A DNA stretch of 64,000 nucleotides from Lobosporangium transversale (lineage: Eukaryota): the NCBI RefSeq assembly GCF_002105155.1, contig NW_019029014.1, forward strand, positions 372,001 through 436,000. Reading direction: 5' to 3'. The stretch's first letter is position 1, and every line of letters begins with the position of its first letter. Shown here in pieces: positions 39,796-52,473 of the stretch. Below the pieces are notes generated by a model. That model was given only the letters and a program-made list of their open reading frames with translations, searched no databases and was not told the DNA's origin. The translations under genes and the position numbers were made by a program.

Positions 39796-40497
39796 GCTGC
39801 CATAACTTTCTATCAAAGGTTTGTACAGAAATGACGAATCGCGACATCCCTTCCAACCTACCATCTGCTCCCAAGTGCAAGCGGGATCCCTTGAAGGTAT
39901 TAGAAAGCCGTTATAGTGGCACCATATAGTTGGGCTTTGCCCATTTTCCAAATATCTCTTGTATTCAAGAAATGTATTTGCATGATAAAGGATAGTATAG
40001 TACAGTTTTCCCGGAATACAAAACGCCTTTAATCCTTCCCCTTGACCTAAACTTTTACACCTATAATATTTATTTGAACAACGCCACAAATAAAACAACT
40101 GAAAACGCCGGGTGACGACATGTTTAGGTGTGATAACATCAGGAAGGCGAGGCTTCTGTTGCTGTCATATGAAAACCATAGAGAGGCGTTACTTGTGTAC
40201 ATGTACATTTCTGATGGACTTCAAATAGACGACGGCGGTAAGTGTTATTAATTCTACTTCGCCATACACTAACTTAAATATTGACATTATTTACTTTTTA
40301 GAAATGCAGCACTGATTTCTAAAGGCGCTAAAGGGAGTGATGGCGAAGCAGGAAAGGAATGAGTGACTGGACAAAGAAGTTGACAGAAGAAGTATGTAAA
40401 TGACTGGATATAAAATACGATAGGAGTAATGAACAGCTGCACAAAAAAACCACTTTCTCTCGTCCTCTTGCGCTCCAGCAAGCCGCTTTAAAGTAAA

Positions 40498-41244
40498 ATG
40501 CGAAAAACATATCTCTTTGCCTCAGCAATTGTGATCACTGTTACTATTGCAACTCCATTTCAATCGCCATTCTCCAATACGGGCAAGGAACTTGTAACAA
40601 TCCAGGGCAATTTAGATGTTACTGGTAACTTCACTTCTGACAATATTAAATCCTCCGGCTGTATCCATTCCTCTGGCAATATTTATTCTTCTGGCAACAT
40701 TAATTCCTCTGGCAATATCCACTCCTCTGGCAATATTAGCTCCTTCGGCAATATTAGCTCCTTCGGCAATATCCACTCTTCTGGCAGTATCAGTTCCTCA
40801 GAAAACATTGAATCCTATGGCAGTATCATTTCCGCTGATAATATTATCTCTAGCGGCTACATCTCGACTGAAAAATATGTTCATGTTAAAAAAGAATATA
40901 CTATAGGAGAGAATTGCCCTACGAACGGCCTAATCGGAGTGGATAATACCGGTCAAGTTCTTTCTTGCCAAGCCGGGGCATGACGCAAATCATCAACCGT
41001 TCAAACGGGTACGGTCATTCGAGGACATGCTGAGAGAGCATTCCGCTTCCCAGCTGCCTTTGTTTCATGTGAGCCTCATGAGCGTGTGGTTGGTGGAGGA
41101 GGCGCATGCCAACAGCCAGATGGGTATATCTGGCTTATAGCTTCAAAACCAGTTGATAATGGTTGGCTTATTCAGTGTGATGGGGGAATGAAGCAACAGT
41201 GGGGTACTGCAAGTGTATGGGCCATTTGTTTCCACAGTGCATAA
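40498..41244 (+). pseudogene. Secreted shufflon PilV-like adhesin gene (bacterial-type), intronless, with one in-frame TGA at 40981-40983
   Basis: Signal peptide, then 12 hexapeptide repeats, then GYISTEKYVHV...GENCPTNGLIGVDNTGQVLSCQAGA*. The same frame continues RKSSTVQTG...SCEPHERVVGGGGAC...SKPVDNGWLIQC...ASVWAICFHSA to TAA at 41242-41244. Confidence 0.75.
40651..40866 (+). repeat. Twelve 18-bp tandem coding repeats (S-S-G-N-I-x)
   Basis: SSGCIH SSGNIY SSGNIN SSGNIH SSGNIS SFGNIS SFGNIH SSGSIS SSENIE SYGSII SADNII SSGYIS. Confidence 0.9.
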
Positions 41245-41902
41245 AGGATTCCGACAATAAAATTTTCAGTGCAGTTGGTGCAAAAACACTGATCCATCCT
41301 CTGTTATTACAAAGCGATGAAAGCATGAAATTAAGACTATTCTTATGAGTTTCATTCAAGGAATGAGACTTCGGCACATTAGTATAACACAATGTTGAAC
41401 GAGGCATCAAAAGCAAAAGAGCTTTTAAGAACCAAAGACGCCTATTTAAACTTTGCAGATCATTTACATATCAAAATTGCGGACCAAGCGCATATCTGGA
41501 AATTGTAAATGGCTGGTTTATCGTTGCTTTTTGATCCTTTTACGTGTTCTCCCCATCATCCACATAGACCGTTATAGCATATACGATGACCTAGGATACA
41601 TCTCACACGGTATAGACAACACACACACACACATATATATATATATGTATATAAACGCTTTATTTCGTCTATATTCTATGGCTTTGAAGGGCCATATTAT
41701 ATAAGTTAGTTTAAAAAAGATAAACTGTGGTTTTAGTTGTGGAAGTAATATTTAATACAAAGCAGCACACACACCTTGGCTCAGTTATAAAGTTGACTTT
41801 AAAGGTGATCCATATTTCACGACCGTTATGTTCTTTCACATATTGTCCCCTCTGAATATAAGTATATTTATGCAGGTTAACAAAACAGAATATTAACTTT
41901 AT

Positions 41903-43336
41903 TTAATCTGCTTCTGGTGTTGACTCTCTATCAGAGTGACTATCTGACCCAGATCCAGATCTAGATCCAAAAATATCGAGCGAATCAATGAGTCGGCGCG
42001 TAACTGACTTATTTTTGACTGTTGTCGTTACTCCTGCTGCTTCTGCTTCTGCTCCTGCTTCCGTTGCTGCTCTTGCTTCTGCTCCTGACTTTAAAGATGT
42101 AATTGTTTCAGCCGAGACGCCTTCATGATCCACTATGAGAGGCATCTCCAAAGTATTAGGAGGGAGATTCACATCCATAAAGTAAACAGTGAAGCGGACA
42201 ATATGTGAAATATTCAGCCAATCGAGGCTATGTTCTGAAGGAATCAATTGGAAATTGTCTAGGCGGATATCTAGTTCAAGGGGCTTTTTCCGACCAAAGT
42301 CCAGATCAAAATCCTCATTTTCGACCTTTTTGATCGAAGAAACCAGTCTAGAGCCTTTCACAGTGCATGAAGCTCCTGGCTCCTGACTAATTTTTATTTT
42401 TATTTTTTTTTGTAAAGAGATTATTAATGTTAGCGGCTGCTTTGAACAACACTAGGAACAAAAAGAATAGCAAGGGTAGAAGGAAGTGAGAAAAAAAAAT
42501 GCTTAGAAACAACTTACGCATTCTCGACATTAGGATGACCTCGTTTGGTAGTATAGTTGATATCTTCTGTCTGAACAACAGCAATGTCGATTTCCTTGAT
42601 CATAAAAGACTTGTGACGAGCCTTCATATCGACTGTGGCACGAAGCTTCTCTTGATTCAATGAAATTCGTGAAGGTATTGTCACCTTGCACCGGAACTGT
42701 TTTGGTAAATCTGTGGACGCTGTCAACAATGGTGTGCTTGATTGATCTTCAGAAGCACCAACAGTAGTAGGGATGGGTCGACGAAGGATCAAGTCATGCT
42801 TTACAATTCGTGTGGATGAAAAGATAGAGTCGCGTTGCAAAGTTGCATGGATCTCATATTTCCAGTCAATGTAGTGAGTATCCAGTTTGTTGATTAGGGT
42901 TGGGGGAAGGACATCAGGATGTGGTAGGTCAATACGGAAAGGAAGATATTGTGTGCCTGACTCTGGAACTCTGATTGTGCCATGCCCTTCAGTATCATTG
43001 GCTGCAATCAAATCGAATGTGGATCCTACAAGGCGCTCATGGACAATTACAGGCTTGGTATCGATATTTAATGCCACTCCAACTATTACAAGGCGTTAAA
43101 TTATAAAGATTAAGAATAAATATTGGATCTCTATTTCATATCACCATAAATTTATTCCATGAATAAATAAATAACATACTGTGTCCATGGATGTCCACCT
43201 TTGCCACTTTGAACTTCTCAGGGCTATCCAATTGGAGCACGATATCGCCAGTTAACGTTTGCAACTGGCTCTTTGTATCAAGCTCAACAATGAAGGGCTG
43301 TTCGGTATTGAGAATGATATCAAAAGTGAAACCCAT
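41903..43336 (-). CDS. Arrestin-fold protein (alpha-arrestin-like), 3 exons, copy 1
   Basis: LTGDIVLQL...KVAKVDIHGH, YLPFRIDLP...LPPT, IDWKYEIHATL and LDWLNISHIVRFTVYF. Confidence 0.75.
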
Positions 43337-44634
43337 GTTGAATTATATACGTGCAAAGAATGGATGATAAATGTATGTGGATGGTTAAGGGGGCGTAATG
43401 AACTTCAGAAATGTGTGAGGAAATTAAGAATGGGTATAATAGGAATAGAATATGCTGTGAGAAACGATAGGGAAAAGAGAAAGAAATGCTCCTTTTTATA
43501 CTGTCTTTTAGTAAATCGACCGCGGGCCAAAAGCAGTTCAATTATCCCTTTTTGTATTTTATCTGCACAGTAGTAAGTTTACTTCAAGTGGGCGAAGGCA
43601 TAAAGTGGCAAAAAAAATTCAAACTAATCGTTCCAATACTGCTCTTCAAATTTTTTTTTTTTTTTTTTTTTTTAATACTTTCGTCTGACAAATACATTGT
43701 ACTCTCCAACCCAATTTTACATTGCTTTTTTTTTTTTTTTTTTTTTTTTTTTTTCACTCTTTGAGTCTTGAAGGATTGGTGGGCATCCAAGTTGATTGTC
43801 CTTGATACTTGAATCACAAATAACTTTACCTCCTTCGGACAAAGAACAGAGATGATCATCATGCACCATGACTTAATTGGCATACGCCTCCTACGCCTCC
43901 CATCCCTTTTTTTAAAAAAGGAGCTCAGCCCAACTTGGCAATATTTTTCTAGGTCCTTCTGTTACAGACCAAGCAGGCAGGTAAGATGACGATCGATATA
44001 AAAACATGTATTCATTACCAAGAAAGCCTGTCAGGAGGACAAACACAGCTGCCATCTTTAAATTGTTTCCGCAGTATATACAGTACAAGCTTCGCATGTT
44101 ACAAAAGGAAAAGAAAAAAACTCTATCTGGCTTAGATGATGTGGCAGGGTAAAAAGATATATTTGTACATTTTGCCAGAGGACGTTGAAGCGGCTTTTGG
44201 CTTTAGTTTAGTCAGAGCTTCGGGTCAGATGGATAACATTTAATGGGAGTCTCCATCATGGGTTTATGATGCAAAAAAAGAGAGCTCCTGCATGTGTAAC
44301 TGTTTTCTTTTTCTTTTTTTTTTTTTTTAATGCGGAGTTATCTTGCTTCGCCAACAACTGTACATGTATATATATACAATGTAAGCAAAAACTTTGTTCC
44401 CACCTCGGCAAGACTTTAATTGTCCCTCGCGTGAGGTGGATTTATGCTCCCGAGCTTCCCCTTTTTTTTTTTTTTTTTTTTTTTTTGGCAGGAACATTAA
44501 TAATGCGTGGAAACTTACACGTATCACAAAACTAGAAAAAGATTACAATATCGCGTGGTGCGAAAGGATCGACTAATTGTCTTACAGATTTATAATGTTT
44601 TTTTATGTATAAAAAGGAACAATCTGCACTCTTC

Positions 44635-46155
44635 CTACAAGGTGAGTTTATCAGGAAAAGGTGCTGTGGCTGCTATAAGTCGTTCGCCCTCATAGTTATA
44701 ATCTGGCGGTAAATCATCTGCAAGGTCTGGGACAATGGGCTCCCGTTCCGGATATACTTCACGATAGAGTTGTTGTCGGGTACTCATGCTCATGCGAGTC
44801 GTATTTGAGTCTAGGAGAGTTGAATGGTCATCCTCTGTTCCATAATCTGGAGGCGTCACACCCTCAGGTGCAGGCTGGAATGACCACAATTCCTCTAGTA
44901 TATTGCCGATCTGGAAGGGTGCCATGACTACTAATGGACGGATCGTAGAATCTGCAAACACAATAGTAAAGCGGATCCCATGACTGATTTTGATCCAATC
45001 TAAAGATTCACTTGGCAGTAGCTCGCTTGTTTTAAGCTCCAAATCTAATTCAATCGCAACCTCTCGACCCCATGCGGTCGTGAATTCCTCTTGATCTGGA
45101 TTTTGAACTGTCACTTGTTTGCTCAGTACTCTAGCAGTATCGGTATCGACCTGAACTTCACTTTCGCTATCGCTGCGGAGTATATCCATTGATGGTGAGG
45201 TGGTCTCTATAATCGTTGAATGGCTATTCATTGTATGCAATGGTGAATAAGTTTATTTTTTTTCTGTTGGAGAGAGGAAGCTGGCGGCACATTAGATACT
45301 TTAAAAACAAACTTGCCTTTGACGCATGCGTCGCACAGAATCAGTGATCTTCTTTGCATTAAAAGTCACTTTCTCTATTTGAATGATATGCGCAAGGATC
45401 TCTTTCACTCCATATGTTTGGTGAAACGGATGCAAGTAGATGCTCAGACGGACTGTTGTTTCCTGGCAGCTAATAAATTTGGGAGCATATATTGAACATT
45501 CAAAATTTCCTGGACGCCTGGCGCCATATCGAACATTGGACGTATCCGAAGGTGGGACGTGGACTCGTTTGAGATAAAGAGGCTGCCTTTGAACTTTCCG
45601 TCGAGCAAATAGCCCTGTGGGCACTGCAAGGGTCACTAATTCGTATCCCCAGACAACAGCGCCTGATTTGAGTTTGGAACCTGCAGCTGAACTGGCAAGG
45701 TCGCCTGGAAGGGTAATTCGAAATGGAAAAGAGTATTCACCTGGCAGATAGGGAGTCGTTGCGCTGATGACGTTGAATTCTGAGCGTGAGATCGTAACAG
45801 CTTCACTCTTCATCGTTACCATGGTTGTACTGTAGGTAATGAAAGCTATTATTGTGATCGTTTAAAGTGGGAAAAATCGACGACACCCTGCTAAGTTTTC
45901 TCTTTTCTTGTTCCTCTTTCCCCATTATATTACGATCCTACGATTGTTCCATCATTGACCCCTACATATTGTCATTCATTTTATGATACCTGCTCCAACA
46001 AAGGCCACTAGTAATTGTTTTAGCTGAATAGCTTTTTGAACGCTTAGGCGGAGAGTTCCAGTGATTTCATGTTGGATAACTGTGCTGGGTGGACCAAGGA
46101 ACTCGATTACATTGGGCTCCTTAGTATCCAGGACTGCTTCGATAGTGAACGACAT
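44635..46155 (-). CDS. Arrestin-fold protein (alpha-arrestin-like) with PPxY motifs, 3 exons, copy 2
   Basis: Exon 1 MSFTIEAVLDTKEP...ITGTLRLSV (absent from the ORF track), PGEYSFPFRITLPGDL, LDWIKISHGIRFTIVF and C-terminal PPDY twice. Confidence 0.8.
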
Positions 46156-47031
46156 TGGTTGGTTGAGAAATCTCCTTGCTAAACTATGATTGAAGTGCGA
46201 TGAGCTATGCGCAGCAGGAAAAAAAAAAAAAAAAAAAAAAAAAAAAGACGCGTAAGGTGTGTAGCATCAAAAGTTGGTGGCGGTGGCAAACATAAAAATT
46301 TGGAATTGAGGCTCCTAATGCATTGGAATGAATAAAATGAGGCGAATGAGACAAAAAGAGAGAGAAACCATGCGTTACCAACAGCTCACTGTTCTCATTG
46401 CCCGTTTTTCTTTTCCTTTTTCTTTTTCTTTTCTTTTCTTTTTTTTTTTTTAACGATGATACGAAGATATAAACAACACCCTGTCTGAGTTGAGTCACAA
46501 GAGAGATTTTGGTTTTTCTTGCCTTTCTTTCTTCAGTCGTTATTCACGCACCCAGAGGCATGAGCACACACAAAACATACATGGTACCACCAAATAATGC
46601 CCTAAAAGAAGATTAAGATGATTGCGCGAAAATATAGTGTAAACAGGTACATACACAAATAGATTGTGAATGGGCATTTTACTGTTCTGGCTATTCCTGA
46701 CAGTGTTCTTATCAATTGACTGAGAAAAGCAAGGATAAAAAATGTGTTGCATAAGGAGTTTGCTCCGGACCCAAGCCTTAAATGAGTGCAACAAAACTTG
46801 ATAAACGACAGTACGAAGTTCATGATTGTCCATCAATCCAATTCACTCAATCCTAATCCAATCAAAATGATGCTTCTCAAACAGAAACACAATAAAGCAA
46901 AGTTGCTTTATTTCCTCTGCAGCCATGTGCCATGTGGGTAAGACTTCTCCTTTCATTTCAACGGGCGCTTAAAACGAAAGCATTCATTTTCCGGGATTGG
47001 AGTGTATTGACATTAAGCTAATGAACGTTGC

Positions 47032-47064
<33 letters not shown>

Positions 47065-47258
47065 TGCTAATTTACACAAAAATTAAGAAAAGGCTTTGAC
47101 TTCATTGATGACAAAGTTCTAGTCTAAATGAGGGATGGGCGTTTTTTAGAGTATCATTCATTATCTGTTTCATTCATGTAGTTTTTTTTTATCGTTGAAT
47201 TCAAGCTTTTATTTAAAAAAGGGAATCGTTAAGACAGTTATTCATCATATTTGTTTTA

Positions 47259-48386
47259 TTATATAGCACGCCTTCCATCCCGCCTGTCCACCCCTCTATT
47301 TTTACTGTCCAAACTTCTTCTCCTCCTTTGCAAAGGTGGTGAATTGGGATCTGGTCCTCCAGTAGCGCCTCTCATGTTCGCATCGAGTTCCTCAGGGCTC
47401 GGCCCAGTACCCTTCATATTCCCGAACCCATCTCCAGGATAATAGTCGTACGGGTATCCTGGCATGTTTGCTAGCCGCAATGATGTACTGGCAACTTCAG
47501 GGGGTAGACCACCTTGTGGAACTTTTCCTGTAATCTTGATGTCAGCACAGCTCATATAGTACTCTGGTACCGCTCCCACAGCACCAGTCCAACTCCATGC
47601 TGACGTGACGAAGGGCAAAAAAAAAAAAGACATGGAAAAGGAAAGGGGAGGGCAAAGCGAAAATTAATCACAAATAATTGTCTCACATTTATAAACCATA
47701 TTGTAATCATGCTTTGGTTTGCTTTTTTCGCCTTTTTAATTTACCAAAGATACAGTTATCACAGGAAGGCAAGTTATCTGGTAGCTTGACAGGCCATTCA
47801 TAAAGCAGGTCGGGACAGGATTTGTGGTACCGTGCAAAGACTCCGAAAGTCTTTCCTTGATCATAACTTAAACTAAACTCACACAATCCTCCTGAGTGGC
47901 GTGCCTGATCCGATGTTGGCAACGGAGTTGGTTGTCCAGGCAACCCAAACTCAGAACTAGCAAAACGAACGTTGACAATCTGACCTGCCTCAAACGTTTG
48001 AGTGATTTGTTTGTCTGGAGGGTAGTTTCCACAGGGAAATATTTTCCTGCCACCAGCACACCCATCGTACAAAGGTGCATTGGTACAATCATGATCTAGG
48101 AACTCTCTAACGGATGGTTTTGTTTTTAAATATGATAGTAACAGTAAAGAGGTTCAGTCAAAATATCACGGACTCATTGATAAAGGATCAGAAAAGTTGA
48201 GCAAAAAGAAATTATTTCCTATCATTTCACTTACGCGTTTGGGTTTGCAGGATGTCCTCTTGGTAATGGATATATCATTGTCACATGTGCGTTGACGTGG
48301 TGCAAGAAAGTTGCAACCATCAAACTGCTTGCGAGTACAAGGCTCCACCTGTTGCGGAGCATTAGCTTTTTGTGTTGTGGAAGCAT
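47259..48386 (-). CDS. Secreted AA11-like lytic polysaccharide monooxygenase, 3 exons
   Basis: Signal peptide ending VNA followed by His1 (HVTMIYPLPRG), then FPCG, ARHSGGLCEFSLSYD, CDNCIFAWSW and EYYMSCADIKI (histidine-brace pattern plus Tyr). Confidence 0.8.
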
Positions 48387-48965
48387 ATTTTTGTGTGTGT
48401 ATATGTATATGTATATCAAGTAACAACAAGGGGCTAGTTCGTCAATGATTCTATTAAAGAGAGAAGAAACAAAAAAAAAAAAAAAGAAAATCCATTTTAT
48501 GATTTTCACTGTCCTTTTATGTCAAGACTTGGGCGAAGCCTTATTCTTTATTTCTTTTCGTCATTTGATCAAGATCGCGCTGCTAATGGACATTGTTCTA
48601 TTTACTGTGGTCTTTTTTTTTTTTTTTTTTTTTTTGTTTGGACATAGCCAAAGGCTCCGCCCTGCGTAGAGTCCCGCGGAGTGGTCACTCTCTCAAAATA
48701 GGGGCCTCTTCATTATCTCAGCCCAGCAGCCCAAATCGTGAAAGGGAAACATGCACTCAGGTGCAGCGCATGAATGAAAAACATGTCGATGAGGACAAAA
48801 AAGGACAAAAAAGGACTTGCATGAATAAAGGAAAAACTACCTTTGTATATATACTTATGCGTTGTGTTGTTTATTACGAAGTTCCAAATTCTAGATCGAT
48901 GATTTCCCAAGTTTTATCTAAATCACATAGTATGTACGTACTCAAAACTCGACTCTTTTTCATAG

Positions 48966-51900
48966 TTATGCCTCCTTGGCGCCTTCAGCTTCTTCGAATG
49001 CAATAAGTGACTTGTTCTCTGCAACCATTTCACCAACGTTGAAGTACACATGAGAGATAACACCGTCAATAGGCGACTTGATGACATGCTGAATTTTCGA
49101 GAGATATAAAAAAGATTTGGAAGGTTTGTTAGATATTCAAGCAAAAAGGAAGAAAAGCAAAAAAAACACAAAAGAAAACACTAACAGTAAAAAAATCATT
49201 ACCTCCATCTTCATAGCTTCCAAAATGACCAAATTCTGACCCTTGATGACCTTATCGCCAGGTTTGCACATGACTTGTGAAATCTTGCAGGGCATGGGTG
49301 TGCGTAAACTTCCAGCCTTCTCCTCCTTGCCAACTGTCAAGAATTTGGGCTGAGGAATATCCAATGTGACCTTGCCCTCCTCTGCAAAGACTACGACCTG
49401 ATCACCTTCCTGAACAATACTGGTCTTGTAACGACGATTCTCAATCTCGGCAAGGATACTACTCTCACCGGCTAACTTGGCCATGACCTTATTAAAGACT
49501 GTGGTCTTGTTGGGAGTCTGTACACGAACATTGTAGGTTCCATCTCTGTTGAACTCGACAGCGACTTTTACATCCTGATCCTCGAGTTTGAATGCCAAGT
49601 TCTGCTCGCTCAGTTGATTTAAGCGCAATCCAGAGTTGAGAGTAAATGGTGAGGTTGCGTCCTCAGCAGCCAAGGCAGCCTGCTTTGAAGCCTCTAAATC
49701 CCTCAGCACCATAGACAACGAGGCCTGAGCGACTGTGGCAGGATCAAGGGGAGGAGCCGGCTTGAACATATCGCTCTCGTATTTCTTGATGAATCCAGTC
49801 TCAACATCTCCAGCAATGAATGCAGGATGAGCAGCAAGGGTCTTCAAGAACTCAATGTTGGTGTTCAGTCCTACAACCTCATACTCGCTCAAGGCCTTTC
49901 TTAAGATACGAAGGGCAGCAGTTCTGTTTTCACCATGGACAACCAATTTGGCAATCATGGGGTCGTAGTGAACCGAAATCTCATCTCCTTGCACAAAGCC
50001 AGTTTCCAGACGCACACTCTCAGAAGCATCAGGAGTCTTGACATGCAACAGAGGACCGACATCGGGCAAGAAGTTGTTGGCAGGGTTCTCAGCATAAATA
50101 CGAGCTTCGAAAGCCCAGCCGTCCTTCTTGAGGTCTTCCTGAAGCTTGGGCAACCTGTTTCCGGCAGCGATCTCGAGCTGCCACTGAACAAGATCGGTGT
50201 TTGTAATCATCTCTGTGATAGGATGCTCAACCTGAAGACGTGTATTCATCTCCATAAAGTAGAATTTTTGATCTGTGTTATCCATGATGAACTCGACTGT
50301 CCCTGCACCGACATAGTTGACGGCCTTGGCTGCAGCCACAGCCTTCTCACCCAGCTCACGTCTAAGCTCTTCTGAAAGACCAGGCTAAAAAAAGACAAAG
50401 CAAGGAAGGTTTCTCTTTAGGGTGATGTTTCTTCTCCATCGCCAATGATACAATGCATACCCATAACCCATTTAGGGGGAGATAGTTTTTTCCCCTTCCA
50501 CAATATGGACCTACAGCAGGAGCCTCCTCAAGAATCTTTTGATGTCTTCGCTGAACACTGCAATCGCGCTCAAAGAGGTAGACGGCATTTCCGAGGGTAT
50601 CTGCAAATACTTGGACTTCAACGTGACGAGGAGTGACCAAGTATTTTTCAATGAGACTAAAAATCAAAAAATGGGACAGTTGACATTGAAGAATTAATAC
50701 ATATAAACAATCAAACTATATGAAAGCAAAAGAAAAGGAAAAAAATAAAGAAAAGAAAAAAAAATGTTGACCTTTCATCAACTTACACCTTATCATCACT
50801 AAATGACTTCATGGCCTCACGTCTTGAGCTTTCTAACATGATCTCGAAATCTTCAGGGGTCTCGACGATACGCATACCCTTTCCTCCACCACCCTTGATA
50901 GCTTTGATCAAGACAGGGTATCCGATCTTGTCTGCTTCGGCCTTCAGGAAAGCAACATCCTGGTTATCGCCGTGGTATCCAGGGACAACGGGGACCTTGG
51001 CAGCTTCCATAATGAATTTGGACTCGCTCTTTGATCCCATGGAGGTCATGGCACTGGCAGGGGGTCCAATGAAGGTGATCTTCTCTTGGGCTAGGCGATC
51101 CGCAAATCCAGGGTTCTCGGACAAGAAACCATAGCCAGGATGGATGGCCTACATAGTGTTATGGAATATATGCATACAAAAAAAATAGGGGTTGTGGTTG
51201 TGTATGAGATTCATCGGATGTACAAAAATCAAATGAAATGTGGAGGTGGATTGGTTAAGTGTATAAAGTGTCAATAAGCTCTTTTATGATTTGACTTTTA
51301 TTTTAAGTAGCGTACGAAAAAAAAAAAAAAAAAAAAAAAACCAGTACCTGTGCTCCACTTTTTCTTGCAATCTCAATAATTTTATCAACCTTCAAATAGC
51401 TCTCGGCAGAAGGCGCTGGTCCGATATTGTAGGCCTCATCCGCCTAAATAAGCGAGAAGAAAAAAAAAAAGTGAGAAATCGAAGTATTGAGGATTCCATT
51501 GTTTATTATTATTAATATTATTTTTTTTCCGAGAAAGAAAAAAAAAAGCAATTGAGAGAAAGATAGGGGGTCGTGAGAATTTTTTACCATTTTAACATGA
51601 AGAGCATTCCTGTCAGCATCGCTGAAGACTGCAACTGTCTTGATTCCAAGCTTTTTAGCAGTTTTCATGATTCTGCAAGCGATTTCACCACTAAAGAACA
51701 AAAAACAGATCAAACAAGTTAAAAAAGTGAGCATGCGGGTCAGTTCTTGACCTATACGGCTTTCCTTCTAAAGTGTTAAATATATTTGGATCAGATAAAC
51801 AAAAGACAACCAAACAATGCGTTCAACATACCGGTTGGCAATGAGGATCTTGTCAAATAAAGGCTTGCGCTCTAATGTTCGGAATGAGATGTAAAAAAAA

Positions 51901-52162
51901 AAAAACCATTAGGCGTGCATTATGCATTGTGGAATTAGAGCTGATGAACAGACATCAGATGTCGAATGTCATTAGGCTGATCGCCATGACAAACGCAAAG
52001 ATCCCCCCTGGATAGCCTGAGACATTAATGTAAAGGAGAAAGGGAAAGAGTACCAATTTCTGTAGTGTACCAACGGAAAGGAGTCCTTGAAATTGGGTTG
52101 ACAGATGTTCCCCAGCGCATGCGAAGCGCTGCTCTGTTAGCAGACAGCATGAAGGCAGACAT
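48966..52162 (-). CDS. MCCC1: 3-methylcrotonoyl-CoA carboxylase alpha (biotin-containing) subunit, mitochondrial
   Basis: Mitochondrial-type presequence, [51 protein letters not shown] and biotinylation site EAMKME. The last exon HVIKSP...AKEA* ends at 48966. Confidence 0.88.
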
Positions 52163-52473
52163 GATGTGTAAGTGGATGGAACTGATTGCCAGAAGAGAAG
52201 AGAGAGAGTGGAGAAATAAAATACACAATGGACAGAAAGAGAGAGAGGGGAAGGCAGTGGAGGGTGAGAAAAAAAATGTAAAGTGGGGAAACTTATGGCC
52301 AAATGGTGTTTCGTCTCCAAAATTCCCACGCACCCTAAATGTCCGTAGTCCACGTGATACGTGTTTATTATTATATACATGTATATGTATTTACAAGTTA
52401 GTAAAAATAGCAAATTTTATTAAGGATACGGAACAAATTATAACAAATGGGAGTGGAGCCTTCTTTTTTTCGT

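Noticed and set aside
40981..40983. TGA as evidence of a Mollicutes-type genetic code (UGA = Trp) donor or of selenocysteine
   Set aside because: All other Trp codons in the gene are TGG, the aligned residue is Trp rather than Cys, and no SECIS-like element was recognised. A point mutation is simpler.
39900..41900. A functional shufflon (invertible cassettes plus Rci recombinase)
   Set aside because: Only one sfx-like sequence is present, with no additional C-terminal cassettes and no tyrosine recombinase ORF.
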